Positions 15,001 through 30,000 of a stretch of 64,000 bases of DNA are shown one piece after another. Within the stretch, counting starts at the first letter, position 1. Every line of letters starts with the position of its first letter. The notes under the pieces are model-generated. The model was not told the origin of the DNA. It did not search any database and worked only from the letters and a program-made list of their open reading frames with translations. The position numbers and the translations under genes were made by a program. Origin of the DNA: Eledone cirrhosa (taxonomy: Eukaryota); the NCBI GenBank assembly GCA_964016885.1, contig CAXHJY010001441.1, positions 234,150 to 298,149 of the forward strand. Direction: 5' to 3'.

Positions 15001-18000
15001 TTAAACCTCCATGAAACAAACTACCTGCATCAGTTGTTAGCTGTCGAAACACTGCATCCTTTAAAACATCCATGGAACAAACTACCTGCATCAGTTGTTA
15101 GCTGTCGAGACACTACATCCTTTAAAACCTCCATGGAACAAACTAGCTGCATCAGTTGTTAGCTGTCGATACACTGCATCCTTTAAAACCTCCATGGAAC
15201 AAACTACCTGCATCAGTTGTTAGCTGTCGAGACACTGCATCCTTTAAAACCTCCATGGAACAAACTACCTGCATCACTTGTTAGCTGTCGAGACACTGCA
15301 TCCTTTAAAACCTCCATGGAACAAACTACCTGCATCAGTTGTTAGCTGTCGAGACACTGCATTCTTTCAAACCTCCATGAAAGAAACTACCTGCATCAGT
15401 TGTTAGCTGTCGAGACACTGCATTCTTTCAAACCTCCATGAAACAAACTACCTGCATCAGTTGTTAGCTGTCGAGACACTGCATCCTTTAAAACCTCAGT
15501 GGAACAAACTACCTGCATCAGTTGTTAGCTGTCGAGACACTGCATTCGTTTAAACCTCCATGAAACAAACTACCTGCATCAGTTGTTAGCTGTCGAAACA
15601 CTGCATCCTTTAAAACATCCATGGAACAAACTACCTGCATCATTTGTTAGCTGTCGAGACACTGCATCCTTTAAAACATCCATGGAACAAACTACCTGCA
15701 TCAGTTGTTAGCTGTCGAGACACTACATCCTTTAAAACCTCCATGGAACAAACTAGCTGCATCAGTTGTTAGCTGTCGATACACTGCATCCTTTAAAACC
15801 TCCATGGAACAAACTACCTGCATCAGTTGTTAGCTGTCGAGACACTACATCCTTTAAAACCTCCATGGAACAAACTACCTGCATCAGTTGTTAGCTGTCG
15901 AAACACTGCATCCTTTACAACATCCATGGAACAAACTACCTGCAGCAGTTGTTAGCTGTCGAGACACTACATCCTTTAAAACCTCCATGGAACAAACTAG
16001 CTGCATCAGTTGTTAGCTGTCGATACACTGCATCCTTTAAAACCTCCATGGAACAAACTACCTGCATCAGTTGTTAGCTGTCGAGACACTGCATCCTTTA
16101 AAAGCTCCATGGAACAAACTACCTACATCAGTTGTTAGCTGTCGAAACACTGGATCCTTTAAAACCTCCATGGAACAAACTACCTGCATCAGTTGTTAGC
16201 TGTCGAGACACTGAATCCTTTAAAACCTCCATGGAACAAACTAGCTGCATCAGTTGTTAGCTGTCGAGACACTGCATCCTTTAAAACCTCCATGGAACAA
16301 ACTACCTGCATCAGTTGTTAGCTGTCGAAACACTGCATCCTTTAAAACCTCCATGGAACAAACTAGCTGCATCAGTTGTTAGCTGTCGAGACACTGCATC
16401 CTTTAAAACCTCCATGGAACAAACTACCTACATCAGTTGTTAGCTGTCGAAACACTGCATCCTTTAAAACCTCAATGGAACAAACTACCTGCATCAGTTG
16501 TTAGCTGTCGAGACACTGGATCCTTTAAAACCTCCATGGAACAAACTACCTGCATCAGTTGTTAGCTGTCGAGTCATTGCATCCTTTCAAACCTCCATGG
16601 AACAAACTAACTGCATCAGTTGTTAGCTGTCGAGACACTGCATTCTTTCAAACCTCCATGGAGCAAACAACCTGCATCAGTTGTTAGCTGTCGAAACACT
16701 GCATCCTTTAAAACCTCCATGGAACAAACTACCTGCATCAGTTGTTAGCTGTCGAGACACAACATCCTTTAAAACCTCCATGGAACAAACTACCTGCATC
16801 AGTTGTTAGCTGTCGAGACACTGCATCCTTTCAAACCTCCATGAAACAAACTACCTGCATCAGTTGTTAGCTGTCGAAACACCGGATCCTTTAAAACCTG
16901 CATGGGGCAAACTACCTGCATCAGTTGTTAGCTGTCGTGACACTGCAACCTTTAAAGCCTCCATGGAACAAACTACCTGCATCAGTTGTTAGCTGTCGAG
17001 ACACTGCATTCTTTCAAACCTCCATGGACAAACTACCTGCATCAGTTGTTAGCTGTCGAAACACTGCATCCTTTAAAACCTCCATGGAACAAACTACCTG
17101 CATCAGTTGTTAGCTGTCGAGACACTGCATCCTTTAAAACCTCCATGGAACAAACTAGCTGCATCAGTTGTTAGCTGTCGAAACACTGCATCCTTTAAAA
17201 CCTCCATGGAACAAACTACCTGCATCAGTTGTTAGCTGTCGAGACACTGCATCCTTTAAAACTTCCATGGAACAAACTAGCAGCATCAGTTGTTAGCTGT
17301 CGAAACACTGCATTCTTTAAAACCTCCATGGAACAAACTACCTGCATCAGTTGTTAGCTGTCGAGACACTGCATCGTTTAAAACCTCCGTGGAACAAACT
17401 ACCTGCATCAGTTGTTAGCTGTTGAGACACTGCATCCTTTAAAACCTCCATGGAACAAACTACCTGCATCAGTTGTTAGCTGTCGAGACACTGCATTCTT
17501 TCAAACCTCCATGAAACAAACTAGCTGCATCAGTTGTTAGCTGTCGAAACACTGCCTCATTTAAAACCTCAATGGAACAAACTACCTGCGTCAGTTGTTA
17601 GCTGTATAGACACTGCATCCTTTAAAACCTCCATGGAACATACTACCTGCATCAGTTGTTAGCTGTTCAGACGCTGCATCCTTTAAAACCTCCATGGAAC
17701 AAACTACCTGCATCAGTTGTTAGCTGTCGAAACACTGCATCCTTTAAAACCTCCATGGGACAAACTACCTGCATCAGTTGTTAGATGTCGAGACATTGCA
17801 TCCTTTAAAACCTCAATGGAACAAACTACCTGCATCAGTTGTTAGCTGTCGAGACACTGCATCCTTTAAAACCTCCATGGAACAAACTACCTGCATCAGT
17901 TGTTAGCTGTCGAAACACTGCATCCTTTAAAACCTCCATGGAACAAACTACCTGCATCAGTTGTTAGCTGTCGAGACACTGCATTCTTTCAAACCTCCAT

Positions 18001-21000
18001 GGAACAAACTACCTGCATCAGTTGTTAGCTGTCGAGACACTGAATCCTTTAAAACTTCCATGGAACAAACTACCTGCATCAGTTGTTAGCTGTTGAGACA
18101 CTGCATTCTTTCAAACCTCCATGGAACAAACTACCTGCATCAGTTGTTAGCTGTCGAAACACTGCATCCTTTAAAACCTCCATGGAACAAACTACCTGCA
18201 TCAGTTGTTAGCTGTCGAGACACTGCATCCTTTAAAACATCCATGGAACAAACTACCTGCATCAGTTGTTAGCTTTCGAGACACTGCATCCTTTCAAACC
18301 TCCATGAAACAAACTACCTGCATCAGTTGTTAGCTGTCGAAACACTGGATCCTTTAAAACCTCCATGGAACAAACTACCTGCATCAGTTGTTAGCTGTCG
18401 AGACACTGCATTCTTTCAAACCTCCATGGAACAAACTACCTGCATCAGTTGTTAGCTGTCGAAACACTGCATCCTTTAACACCTCCATGGAACAAACTAC
18501 CTGCATCAGTTGTTAGCTGTCGAGACACTGAATCCTTTAAAACGTCCATGGAACAAACTACCTGCATCACTTGTTAGCTGTCGAGACACTGCATTCTTTA
18601 AAACCTCCATGGAACAAACTAGCTGCATCAGTTGTTAGCTGTCGAAACACTGCATTCTTCAAAACCTCCATGGAACAAACTACCTGCATCAGTTGTTAGC
18701 TGTCGAGACACTGAATCCTTTAAAACGTCCATGGAACAAACTACCTGCATCAGTTGTTAGCTGTCGAGACACTGCATTCTTTCAAACCTCCATGGAGCAA
18801 ACAACCTGCATCAGTTGTTAGCTGTCGAAACACTGCATCCTTTAAAACCTCCATGGAACAAACTACCTGCATCAGTTGTATGCTGTCGAGACACTGCATC
18901 CTTTAAAACCTCCATGGAACAAACTACCTGCATCAGTTGTTAGCTGTCGAGACACTGCATCCTTTCAAACCTCCATGAAACAAACTACCTGCATCAGTTG
19001 TTAGCTGTCGAAACACTGGATCCTTTAAAACCTGCATGGGGCAAACTACCTGCATCAGTTGTTAGCTGTCGTGACACTGCATCCTTTAAAACCTCCATGG
19101 AACAAACTAGCTGCATCAGTTGTTAGCTGTCGAGACACTGCATTCTTTCAAACCTCCATGGAACAAACTACCTGCATCAGTTGTTAGCTGTCGAAACACT
19201 GCATCCTTTAAAACCTCCATGGAACAAACTACCTGCATCAGTTGTTAGCTGTCGAGACACTGCATCCTTTAAAACCTCCATGGAACAAACTAGCTGCATC
19301 AGTTGTTAGCTGTCGAAACACTGCATCCTTTAAAACCTCCATGGAACAAACTACCTGCATCTGTGGTTAGCTGTCGAGACACTGCATCCTTTAAAACCTC
19401 CGTGGAACAAACTACCTGCATCAGTTGTTAGCTGTTGAGACACTGCATCCTTTAAAACGTCCATTGAACAAACTACCTGCATCAGTTGTTAGCTGTCGAA
19501 ACACTGCATCCTTTAAAACCTCCATGGAACAAACTACCTGCATCAGTTGTTAGCTGTCGAAACACTGCATCCTTTAAAACCTCCATGGAACAAACTACCT
19601 GCATCAGTTGTTAGCTGTCGAGACACTGCATCCTTTAAAACCTCCATGGAACAAACTACCTGCATCAGTTGTTAGCTGTCGAGATGCTGCATCTTTTAAA
19701 ACCTCCATGGAACAAACTACCTGCATCAGTTGTTAGCTGTATAGACACTGCATCCTTTAAAACCTCCATGGAACAAACTAGCAGCATCAGTTGTTAGCTG
19801 TCGAGACACTGCATCCTTTAAAACCTCCATGGGACAAACTACCTGCATCAGTTGTTAGCTGTCGAGATACTGCATCGTTTAAAACCTCCGTGGAACAAAC
19901 TACCTGCATCAGTTGTTAGCTGTTGAGACACTGCATCCTTTAAAATCTCCATGGAACAAACTAGCTGCATCAGTTGTTAGCTGTCGAGACACTGCATTCT
20001 TTCAAACCTCCATGAAACAAACTACCTGCATCAGTTGTTAGCTGTCGAGACACTGCATCCTTTAAAACCTCCATGAAACAAACTACCTGCATCAGTTGTT
20101 AGCTGTCGAGACACTGCATTCTTTCAAACCTCCATGAAACAAACTACCTGCATCAGTTGTTAGCTGTCGAGACACTGCATCCTTTAAAACGTCCGTGGAA
20201 CAAACTACCTGCATCAGTTGTTAGCTGTTGAGACACTGCATCCTTTAAAACCTCCATGGAACAAACTACCTGCATCAGTTGTTAGCTGTCGAGACACTGC
20301 ATTCTTTCAAACCTCCATGAAACAAACTACCTGCATCAGTTGTTAGCTGTTGAGACACTGCATCCTTTAAAACCTCCATGGAACAAACTACCTGCATCAG
20401 TTGTTAGCTGTTGAGACACTGCATCCTTTCAAACCTCCATGAAACAAACTACCTGCATCAGTTGTTAGCTGTCGAGACACTGCATCCTTTAAAACCTCCG
20501 TGGAACAAACTACCTGCATCAGTTGTTAGCTGTTGAGACACTGCATCCTTTAAAACCTCCATGGAACAAACTACCTGCATCAGTTGTTAGCTGTCGAGAC
20601 ACTGCATTCTTTCAAACCTCCATGAAACAAACTACCTGCATCAGTTGTTAGCTGTCGAGACACTGCATCCTTTAAAACCTCCGTGGAACAAACTACCTGC
20701 ATCAGTTGTTAGCTGTTGAGACACTGCATCCTTTAAAACCTCCATGGAACAAACTACCTGCATCAGTTGTTAGCTGTCGAGACACTGCATTCTTTCAAAC
20801 CTCCATGAAACAAACTACCTGCATCAGTTGTTAGCTGTTGAGACACTGCATCCTTTAAAACCTCCATGGAACAAACTACCTGCATCAGTTGTTAGCTGTC
20901 GAGACACTGCATCCTTTAAAACCTCCATGGAACAAACTACCTGCATCAGTTGTTAGCTGTCGAGACACTGCATCCTTTAAAACCTCCATGGAACAAACTA

Positions 21001-24000
21001 CCTGCATCAGTTGTTAGCTGTCGAGACACTGCATTCTTTCAAACCTCCATGAAACAAACTACCTGCATCAGTTGTTAGCTGTCGAGACACTGCATCCTTT
21101 AAAACCTCCGTGGAACAAACTACCTGCTTCAGTTGTTAGCTGTATAGACACTGCATCCTTTAAAACCTCCATGGAACAAACTACCTGCATCAGTTGTTAG
21201 CTGTCGAGACACTGCATCCTTTCAAACCTCCATGAAACAAACTATCTGCATCAGTTGTTAGCTGTCGAGACACTGCATCCTTTCAAACCTCCATGGAACA
21301 AACTACCTGCATCAGTTGTTAGCTGTATAGACACTGCATCCTTTCAAACCTCCATGGAACAAACTACCTGCATCAGTTGTTAGCTGTCGAGACACTGCAT
21401 CCTTTAAAACCTCCATGGAACAAACTACCTGCATCAGTTGTTAGCTGTCGAGACACTGCATCCTTTAAAACCTCCATGGAACAAACTAGCAGCATCAGTT
21501 GTTAGCTGTATAGACACTGCATCCTTTCAAACCTCCATGGAACAAACTACCTGCATCAGTTGTTAGCTGTCGAGACACTGCATCCTTTCAAACCTCCATG
21601 AAACAAACTATCTGCATCAGTTGTTAGCTGTCGAGACACTGCATCCTTTAAAACCTCCATGGAACAAACTACCTGCATCAGTTGTTAGCTGTCGAGACAC
21701 TGCATCCTTTAAAACCTCCATGGAACAAACTACCTGCATCAGTTGTTAGCTGTCGAGACACTGCATCCTTTAAAACCTCCATGGAACAAACTACCTGCAT
21801 CAGTTGTTAGCTGTCGAGACACTGCATCCTTTAAAACCTCCATGAAACAAACTACCTGCATCAGTTGTTAGCTGTCGAGACACTGCATCCTTTAAAACCT
21901 CCATGGAACAAACTACCTGCATCAGTTGTTAGCTGTCGAGACACTGCATCCTTTCAAACCTCCATGAAACAAACTACCTGCATCAGTTGTTAGCTGTCGA
22001 GACACTGCATTCTTTTAAACCTCCATGGAACAAACTACCTGCATCAGTTGTTAGCTGTCGAGATGCTGCATCTTTTAAAACCTCCATGGAACAAACTACC
22101 TGCATCAGTTGTTAGCTGTCGAGACACTGCATCCTTTCAAACCTCCATGAAACAAACTACCTGCATCAGTTGTTAGCTGTATAGACACTGCATCCTTTCA
22201 AACCTCCATGAAACAAACTATCTGCATCAGTTGTTAGCTGTCGAGACACTGCATCCTTTAAAACCTCCATGGAACAAACTACCTGCATCAGTTGTTAGCT
22301 GTCGAGACACTGCATCCTTTAAAACCTCCATGGAACAAACTACCTGCATCAGTTGTTAGCTGTCGAGACACTGCATCCTTTCAAACCTCCATGAAACAAA
22401 CTACCTGCATCAGTTGTTAGCTGTCGAGACACTGCATTCTTTTAAACCTCCATGGAACAAACTACCTGCATCAGTTGTTAGCTGTCGAGATGCTGCATCT
22501 TTTAAAACCTCCATGGAACAAACTACCTGCATCAGTTGTTAGCTGTCGAGACACTGCATCCTTTCAAACCTCCATGAAACAAACTACCTGCATCAGTTGT
22601 TAGCTGTATAGACACTGCATCCTTTCAAACCTCCATGAAACAAACTATCTGCATCAGTTGTTAGCTGTCGAGACACTGCATCCTTTCAAACCTCCATGAA
22701 ACAAACTACCTGCATCAGTTGTTAGCTGTCGAAACACTGGATCCTTTAAAACCTCCATGGAACAAACTACCTGCATCAGTTGTTAGCTGTCGAAACACTG
22801 CATCCTTTAAAACCTCCATGGGACAAACTACCTGCATCAGTTGTTAGATGTCGAGACATTGCATCCTTTAAAACCTCAATGGAACAAACTACCTGTATCA
22901 GTTGTTAGCTGTCGAGACACTGAATCCTTTAAAACCTCCATGGAACAAACTACCTGCATCAGTTGTTAGCTGTCGAGACACTGCATTCTTTCAAACCTCC
23001 ATGGAGTAAACAACCTGCATCAGTTGTTAGCTGTCGAGACACTGCATCCTTTAAAACCTCCATGGAACAAACTACCTGCATCAGTTGTTAGCTGTCGAAA
23101 CACTGCATCCTTTAAAACCTCCATGGAACAAACTACCTGCATCAGTTGTTAGCTGTTGAGACACTGCATCCTTTAAAACCTCCATGGAACAAACTACCTG
23201 CATCAGTTGTTAGCTGTCGAGACACTGCATTCTTTCAAACCTCCATGGAACAAACTACCTGCATCAGTTGTTAGCTGTCGAAACACTGCCTCCTTTACAA
23301 CCTCAATGGAACATACTACCTGCATCAGTTGTTAGCTGTTCAGACGCTGCATCCTTTAAAACCTCCATGGAACAAACTACCTGCATCAGTTGTTAGCTGT
23401 CGAAACACTGCATCCTTTAAAACCTCCATGGGACAAACTACCTGCATCAGTTGTTAGATGTCGAGACATTGCATCCTTTAAAACCTCAATGGAACAAACT
23501 ACCTGCATCAGTTGTTAGCTGTCGAGACACTGGATCCTTTAAAACCTCCATGGAACAAACTACCTGCATCAGTTGTTAGCTGTCGAGACACTGAATCCTT
23601 TAAAACTTCCATGGAACAAACTACCTGCATCAGTTGTTAGCTGTCGAGACACTGCATTCTTTCAAACCTCCATGGAGCAAACAACCTGCATCAGTTGTTA
23701 GCTGTCGAAACACTGCATCCTTTAAAACCTCCATGGAACAAACTACCTGCATCAGTTGTTAGCTGTCGAGACACTGCATCCTTTAAAACCTCCATGGAAC
23801 AAACTACCTGCATCAGTTGTTAGCTTTCGAGACACTGCATCCTTTCAAACCTCCATGGAACAAACTATCAGCATCAGTTGTTAGCTGTCGAAACACTGCA
23901 TCCTTTAAAACCTCCATGAAACAAACTACCTGCATCAGTTGTTAGCTGTCGAAACACTGCATCCTTTAAAACCTCCATGGAACAAACTACCTGCATCAGT

Positions 24001-27000
24001 TGTTAGCTGTCGAGACACTGCATCCTTTAAAACCTCCATGGAACAAACTACCTGCATCAGTTGTTAGCTGTCGAGACACTGCATCGTTTAAAACCTCCGT
24101 GGAACAAACTACCTGCATCAGTTGTTAGCTGTTGAGACACTGCATCCTTTAAAACCTCCATGGAACAAACTACCTGCATCAGTTGTTAGCTGTCGAGACA
24201 CTGCATCCTTTAAAACCTCCATGGAACAAACTACCTGCATTAGTTGTTAGCTGTCGAGACACTGCATCCTTTAAAAACCTCCATGGAACAAACTACCTGC
24301 ATCAGTTGTTAGCTGTCGAGACACTGCATTCTTTCAAACCTCCATGAAACAAACTACCTGCATCAGTTGTTAGCTGTCCAGACACTGCATTCTTTCAAAC
24401 CTCCATGGAACAAACTACCTGCATCAGTTGTTAGCTGTCGAAACACTGCATCCTTTAAAACCTCCATGGAACAAACTACCTGCATCAGTTGTTAGCTGTT
24501 GAGATACTGCATCCTTTAAAACCTCCATGGAACAAACTACCTGCATCACTTGTTAGCTGTCGAGACACTGCATTCTTTCAAACCTCCATGAAACAAACTA
24601 CCTGCATCAGTTGTTAGCTGTCGAAACACTGGATCCTTTAAAACCTCCATGGAACAAACTACCTGCATCAGTTGTTAGCTGTCGAAACACTGCATCCTTT
24701 AAAACCTCCATGGAACAAACTACCTGCATCAGTTGTTAGCTGTTGAGACACTGCATCCTTTAAAACCTCCATGGAACAAACTACCTGCATCAGTTGTTAG
24801 CTGTCGAGACACTGCATTCTTTCAAACCTCCATGAAACAAACTACCTGCATCAGTTGTTAGCTGTCGAAACACTGGATCCTTTAAAACCTCCATGGAACA
24901 AACTACCTGCATCAGTTGTTAGCTGTCGAAACACTGCATCCTTTAAAACCTCCATGGAACAAACTACCTGCATCAGTTGTTAGCTGTTGAGACACTGCAT
25001 CCTTTAAAACCTCCATGGAACAAACTACCTGCATCAGTTGTTAGCTGTCGAGACACTGCATTCTTTCAAACCTCCATGAAACAAACTACCTGCATCAGTT
25101 GTTAGCTGTCGAAACACTGGATCCTTTAAAACCTCCATGGAACAAACTACCTGCGTCAGTTGTTAGCTGTATAGACACTGCATCCTTTAAAACCTCCATG
25201 GGACAAACTACCTGCATCAGTTGTTAGATGTCGAGACATTGCATCCTTTAAAACCTCAATGGAAGAAACTACCTGCATCAATTGTTAGCTGTTCAGACGC
25301 TGCATCCTTTAAAACCTCCATGGAACAAACTACCTGCATCAGTTGTTAGCTTTCGAGACACTGCATCCTTTAAAACCTCAATGGAACAAACTACCTGCAT
25401 CAGTTGTTAGCTGTCGAGACACTGCATCCTTTAAAACCTCCATGGAACAAACTACCTGCATCAGTTGTTAGCTGTCGAGACACTGCATCCTTTAAAACCT
25501 CCATGGAACAAACTACCTGCATCAGTTGTTAGCTGTCGAGTCACTGCATCCTTTAAAACCTCCATGGAACAAACTACCTGCATCAGACGTTAGCTGTCGA
25601 GACACTGCATTCTTTCAAACCTCCATGGAGCAAACAACCTGCATCAGTTGTTAGCTGTCGAAACACTGCATCCTTTAAAACCTCCATGGAACAAACTACC
25701 TGCATCAGTTGTTAGCTGTCGAGACACTGCATCCTTTAAAACCTCCATGGAACAAACTACCTGCATCAGTTGTTAGCTGTCGAGATACTGCATTCTTTCA
25801 AACCTCCATGGAACAAACTACCTGCATCAGTTGTTAGCTGTCGAGACACTGCATCCTTTAAAACCTCCATGGAACAAACTACCTGCATCAGTTGTTAGCT
25901 GTCGAGACACTGCATCCTTTAAAACCTCCATGGAACAAACTAGCTGCATCAGTTGTTAGCTGTCGAAACACTGCATCCTTCAAAACCTCCATGGAACAAA
26001 CTACCTGCATCAGTTGTTAGCTGTCGAGACACTGAATCCTTTAAAACGTCCATGGAACAAACTACCTGCATCAGTTGTTAGCTGTCGAGACACTGCATTC
26101 TTTCAAACCTCCATGGAGCAAACTACCTGCATCAGTTGTTAGCTGTCGAAACACTGCATCCTTTAAAACCTCCATGGAACAAACTACCTGCATCAGTTGT
26201 ATGCTGTCGAGACACTGCATCCTTTAAAACCTCCATGGAACAAACTACCTGCATCAGTTGTTAGCTGTCGAGACACTGCATCCTTTCAAACCTCCATGAA
26301 ACAAACTACCTGCATCAGTTGTTAGCTGTCGAAACACTGGATCCTTTAAAACCTGCATGGGGCAAACTACCTGCATCAGTTGTTAGCTGTCGTGACACTG
26401 CATCCTTTAAAACCTCCATGGAACAAACTACCTGCATCAGTTGTTAGCTGTCGAGACACTGCATTCTTTCAAACCTCCATGGAACAAACTACCTGCATCA
26501 GTTGTTAGCTGTCGAAACACTGCATCCTTTAAAACCTCCATGGAACAAACTACCTGCATCAGTTGTTAGCTGTCGAAACACTGCATCCTTTAAAACCTCC
26601 ATGGAACAAGCTACCTGCATCAGTTGTTAGCTGTCGAGACACTGCATCCTTTAAAACCTCCATGGAACAAACTACCTGCATCAGTTGTTAGCTGTCGAAA
26701 CACTGCATCCTTTAAAACCTCCATGGAACAAACTACCTGCATCAGTTGTTAGCTGTCGAAACACTGCATCCTTTAAAACCTCCATGGAACAAACTACCTG
26801 CATCAGTTGTTAGCTGTTGAGACACTGCATCCTTTAAAACCTCCATGGAACAAACTACCTGCATCAGTTGTTAGCTGTCGAGACACTGCATTCTTTCAAA
26901 CCTCCATGGAACAAACTACCTGCATCAGTTGTTAGCTGTCGAAACACTGCCTCCTTTACAACCTCAATGGAACATACTACCTGCATCAGTTGTTAGCTGT

Positions 27001-30000
27001 TCAGACGCTGCATCCTTTAAAACCTCCATGGAACAAACTACCTGCATCAGTTGTTAGCTGTCGAAACACTGCATCCTTTAAAACCTCCATGGGACAAACT
27101 ACCTGCATCAGTTGTTAGCTGTCGAGACACTGCATTCTTTCAAACCTCCATGGAGCAAACAACCTGCATCAGTTGTTAGCTGTCGAAACACTGCATCCTT
27201 TAAAACCTCCATGGAACAAACTACCTGCATCAGTTGTTAGCTGTCGAGACACTGCATCCTTTAAAACCTCCATGGAACAAACTACCTGCATCAGTTGTTA
27301 GCTTTCGAGACACTGCATCCTTTCAAACCTCCATGGAACAAACTATCAGCATCAGTTGTTAGCTGTCGAAACACTGCATCCTTTAAAACCTCCATGAAAC
27401 AAACTACCTGCATCAGTTGTTAGCTGTCGAAACACTGCATCCTTTAAAACCTCCATGGAACAAACTACCTGCATCAGTTGTTAGCTGTCGAGACACTGCA
27501 TCCTTTAAAACCTCCATGGAACAAACTACCTGCATCAGTTGTTAGCTGTCGAGACACTGCATCGTTTAAAACCTCCGTGGAACAAACTACCTGCATCAGT
27601 TGTTAGCTGTTGAGACACTGCATCCTTTAAAACCTCCATGGAACAAACTACCTGCATCAGTTGTTAGCTGTCGAGACACTGCATCCTTTAAAACCTCCAT
27701 GGAACAAACTACCTGCATTAGTTGTTAGCTGTCGAGACACTGCATCCTTTAAAAACCTCCATGGAACAAACTACCTGCATCAGTTGTTAGCTGTCGAGAC
27801 ACTGCATTCTTTCAAACCTCCATGAAACAAACTACCTGCATCAGTTGTTAGCTGTCGAGACACTGCATTCTTTCAAACCTCCATGGAACAAACTACCTGC
27901 ATCAGTTGTTAGCTGTCGAAACACTGCATCCTTTAAAACCTCCATGGAACAAACTACCTGCATCAGTTGTTAGCTGTTGAGATACTGCATCCTTTAAAAC
28001 CTCCATGGAACAAACTACCTGCATCACTTGTTAGCTGTCGAGACACTGCATTCTTTCAAACCTCCATGAAACAAACTACCTGCATCAGTTGTTAGCTGTC
28101 GAAACACTGGATCCTTTAAAACCTCCATGGAACAAACTACCTGCATCAGTTGTTAGCTGTCGAAACACTGCATCCTTTAAAACCTCCATGGAACAAACTA
28201 CCTGCATCAGTTGTTAGCTGTTGAGACACTGCATCCTTTAAAACCTCCATGGAACAAACTACCTGCATCAGTTGTTAGCTGTCGAGACACTGCATTCTTT
28301 CAAACCTCCATGAAACAAACTACCTGCATCAGTTGTTAGCTGTCGAAACACTGGATCCTTTAAAACCTCCATGGAACAAACTACCTGCGTCAGTTGTTAG
28401 CTGTATAGACACTGCATCCTTTAAAACCTCCATGGGACAAACTACCTGCATCAGTTGTTAGATGTCGAGACATTGCATCCTTTAAAACCTCAATGGAAGA
28501 AACTACCTGCATCAATTGTTAGCTGTTCAGACGCTGCATCCTTTAAAACCTCCATGGAACAAACTACCTGCATCAGTTGTTAGCTGTCGAGACACTGCAT
28601 CCTTTAAAACCTCAATGGAACAAACTACCTGCATCAGTTGTTAGCTGTCGAGACACTGCATCCTTTAAAACCTCCATGGAACAAACTACCTGCATCAGTT
28701 GTTAGCTGTCGAGACACTGCATCCTTTAAAACCTCCATGGAACAAACTACCTGCATCAGTTGTTAGCTGTCGAGTCACTGCATCCTTTAAAACCTCCATG
28801 GAACAAACTACCTGCATCAGACGTTAGCTGTCGAGACACTGCATTCTTTCAAACCTCCATGGAGCAAACAACCTGCATCAGTTGTTAGCTGTCGAAACAC
28901 TGCATCCTTTAAAACCTCCATGGAACAAACTACCTGCATCAGTTGTTAGCTGTCGAGACACTGCATCCTTTAAAACCTCCATGGAACAAACTACCTGCAT
29001 CAGTTGTTAGCTGTCGAGATACTGCATTCTTTCAAACCTCCATGGAACAAACTACCTGCATCAGTTGTTAGCTGTCGAGACACTGCATCCTTTAAAACCT
29101 CCATGGAACAAACTACCTGCATCAGTTGTTAGCTGTCGAGACACTGCATCCTTTAAAACCTCCATGGAACAAACTAGCTGCATCAGTTGTTAGCTGTCGA
29201 AACACTGCATCCTTCAAAACCTCCATGGAACAAACTACCTGCATCAGTTGTTAGCTGTCGAGACACTGAATCCTTTAAAACGTCCATGGAACAAACTACC
29301 TGCATCAGTTGTTAGCTGTCGAGACACTGCATTCTTTCAAACCTCCATGGAGCAAACTACCTGCATCAGTTGTTAGCTGTCGAAACACTGCATCCTTTAA
29401 AACCTCCATGGAACAAACTACCTGCATCAGTTGTATGCTGTCGAGACACTGCATCCTTTAAAACCTCCATGGAACAAACTACCTGCATCAGTTGTTAGCT
29501 GTCGAGACACTGCATCCTTTCAAACCTCCATGAAACAAACTACCTGCATCAGTTGTTAGCTGTCGAAACACTGGATCCTTTAAAACCTGCATGGGGCAAA
29601 CTACCTGCATCAGTTGTTAGCTGTCGTGACACTGCATCCTTTAAAACCTCCATGGAACAAACTACCTGCATCAGTTGTTAGCTGTCGAGACACTGCATTC
29701 TTTCAAACCTCCATGGAACAAACTACCTGCATCAGTTGTTAGCTGTCGAAACACTGCATCCTTTAAAACCTCCATGGAACAAACTACCTGCATCAGTTGT
29801 TAGCTGTCGAAACACTGCATCCTTTAAAACCTCCATGGAACAAGCTACCTGCATCAGTTGTTAGCTGTCGAGACACTGCATCCTTTAAAACCTCCATGGA
29901 ACAAACTACCTGCATCAGTTGTTAGCTGTCGAAACACTGCATCCTTTAAAACCTCCATGGAACAAACTACCTGCATCAGTTGTTAGCTGTCGAAACACTG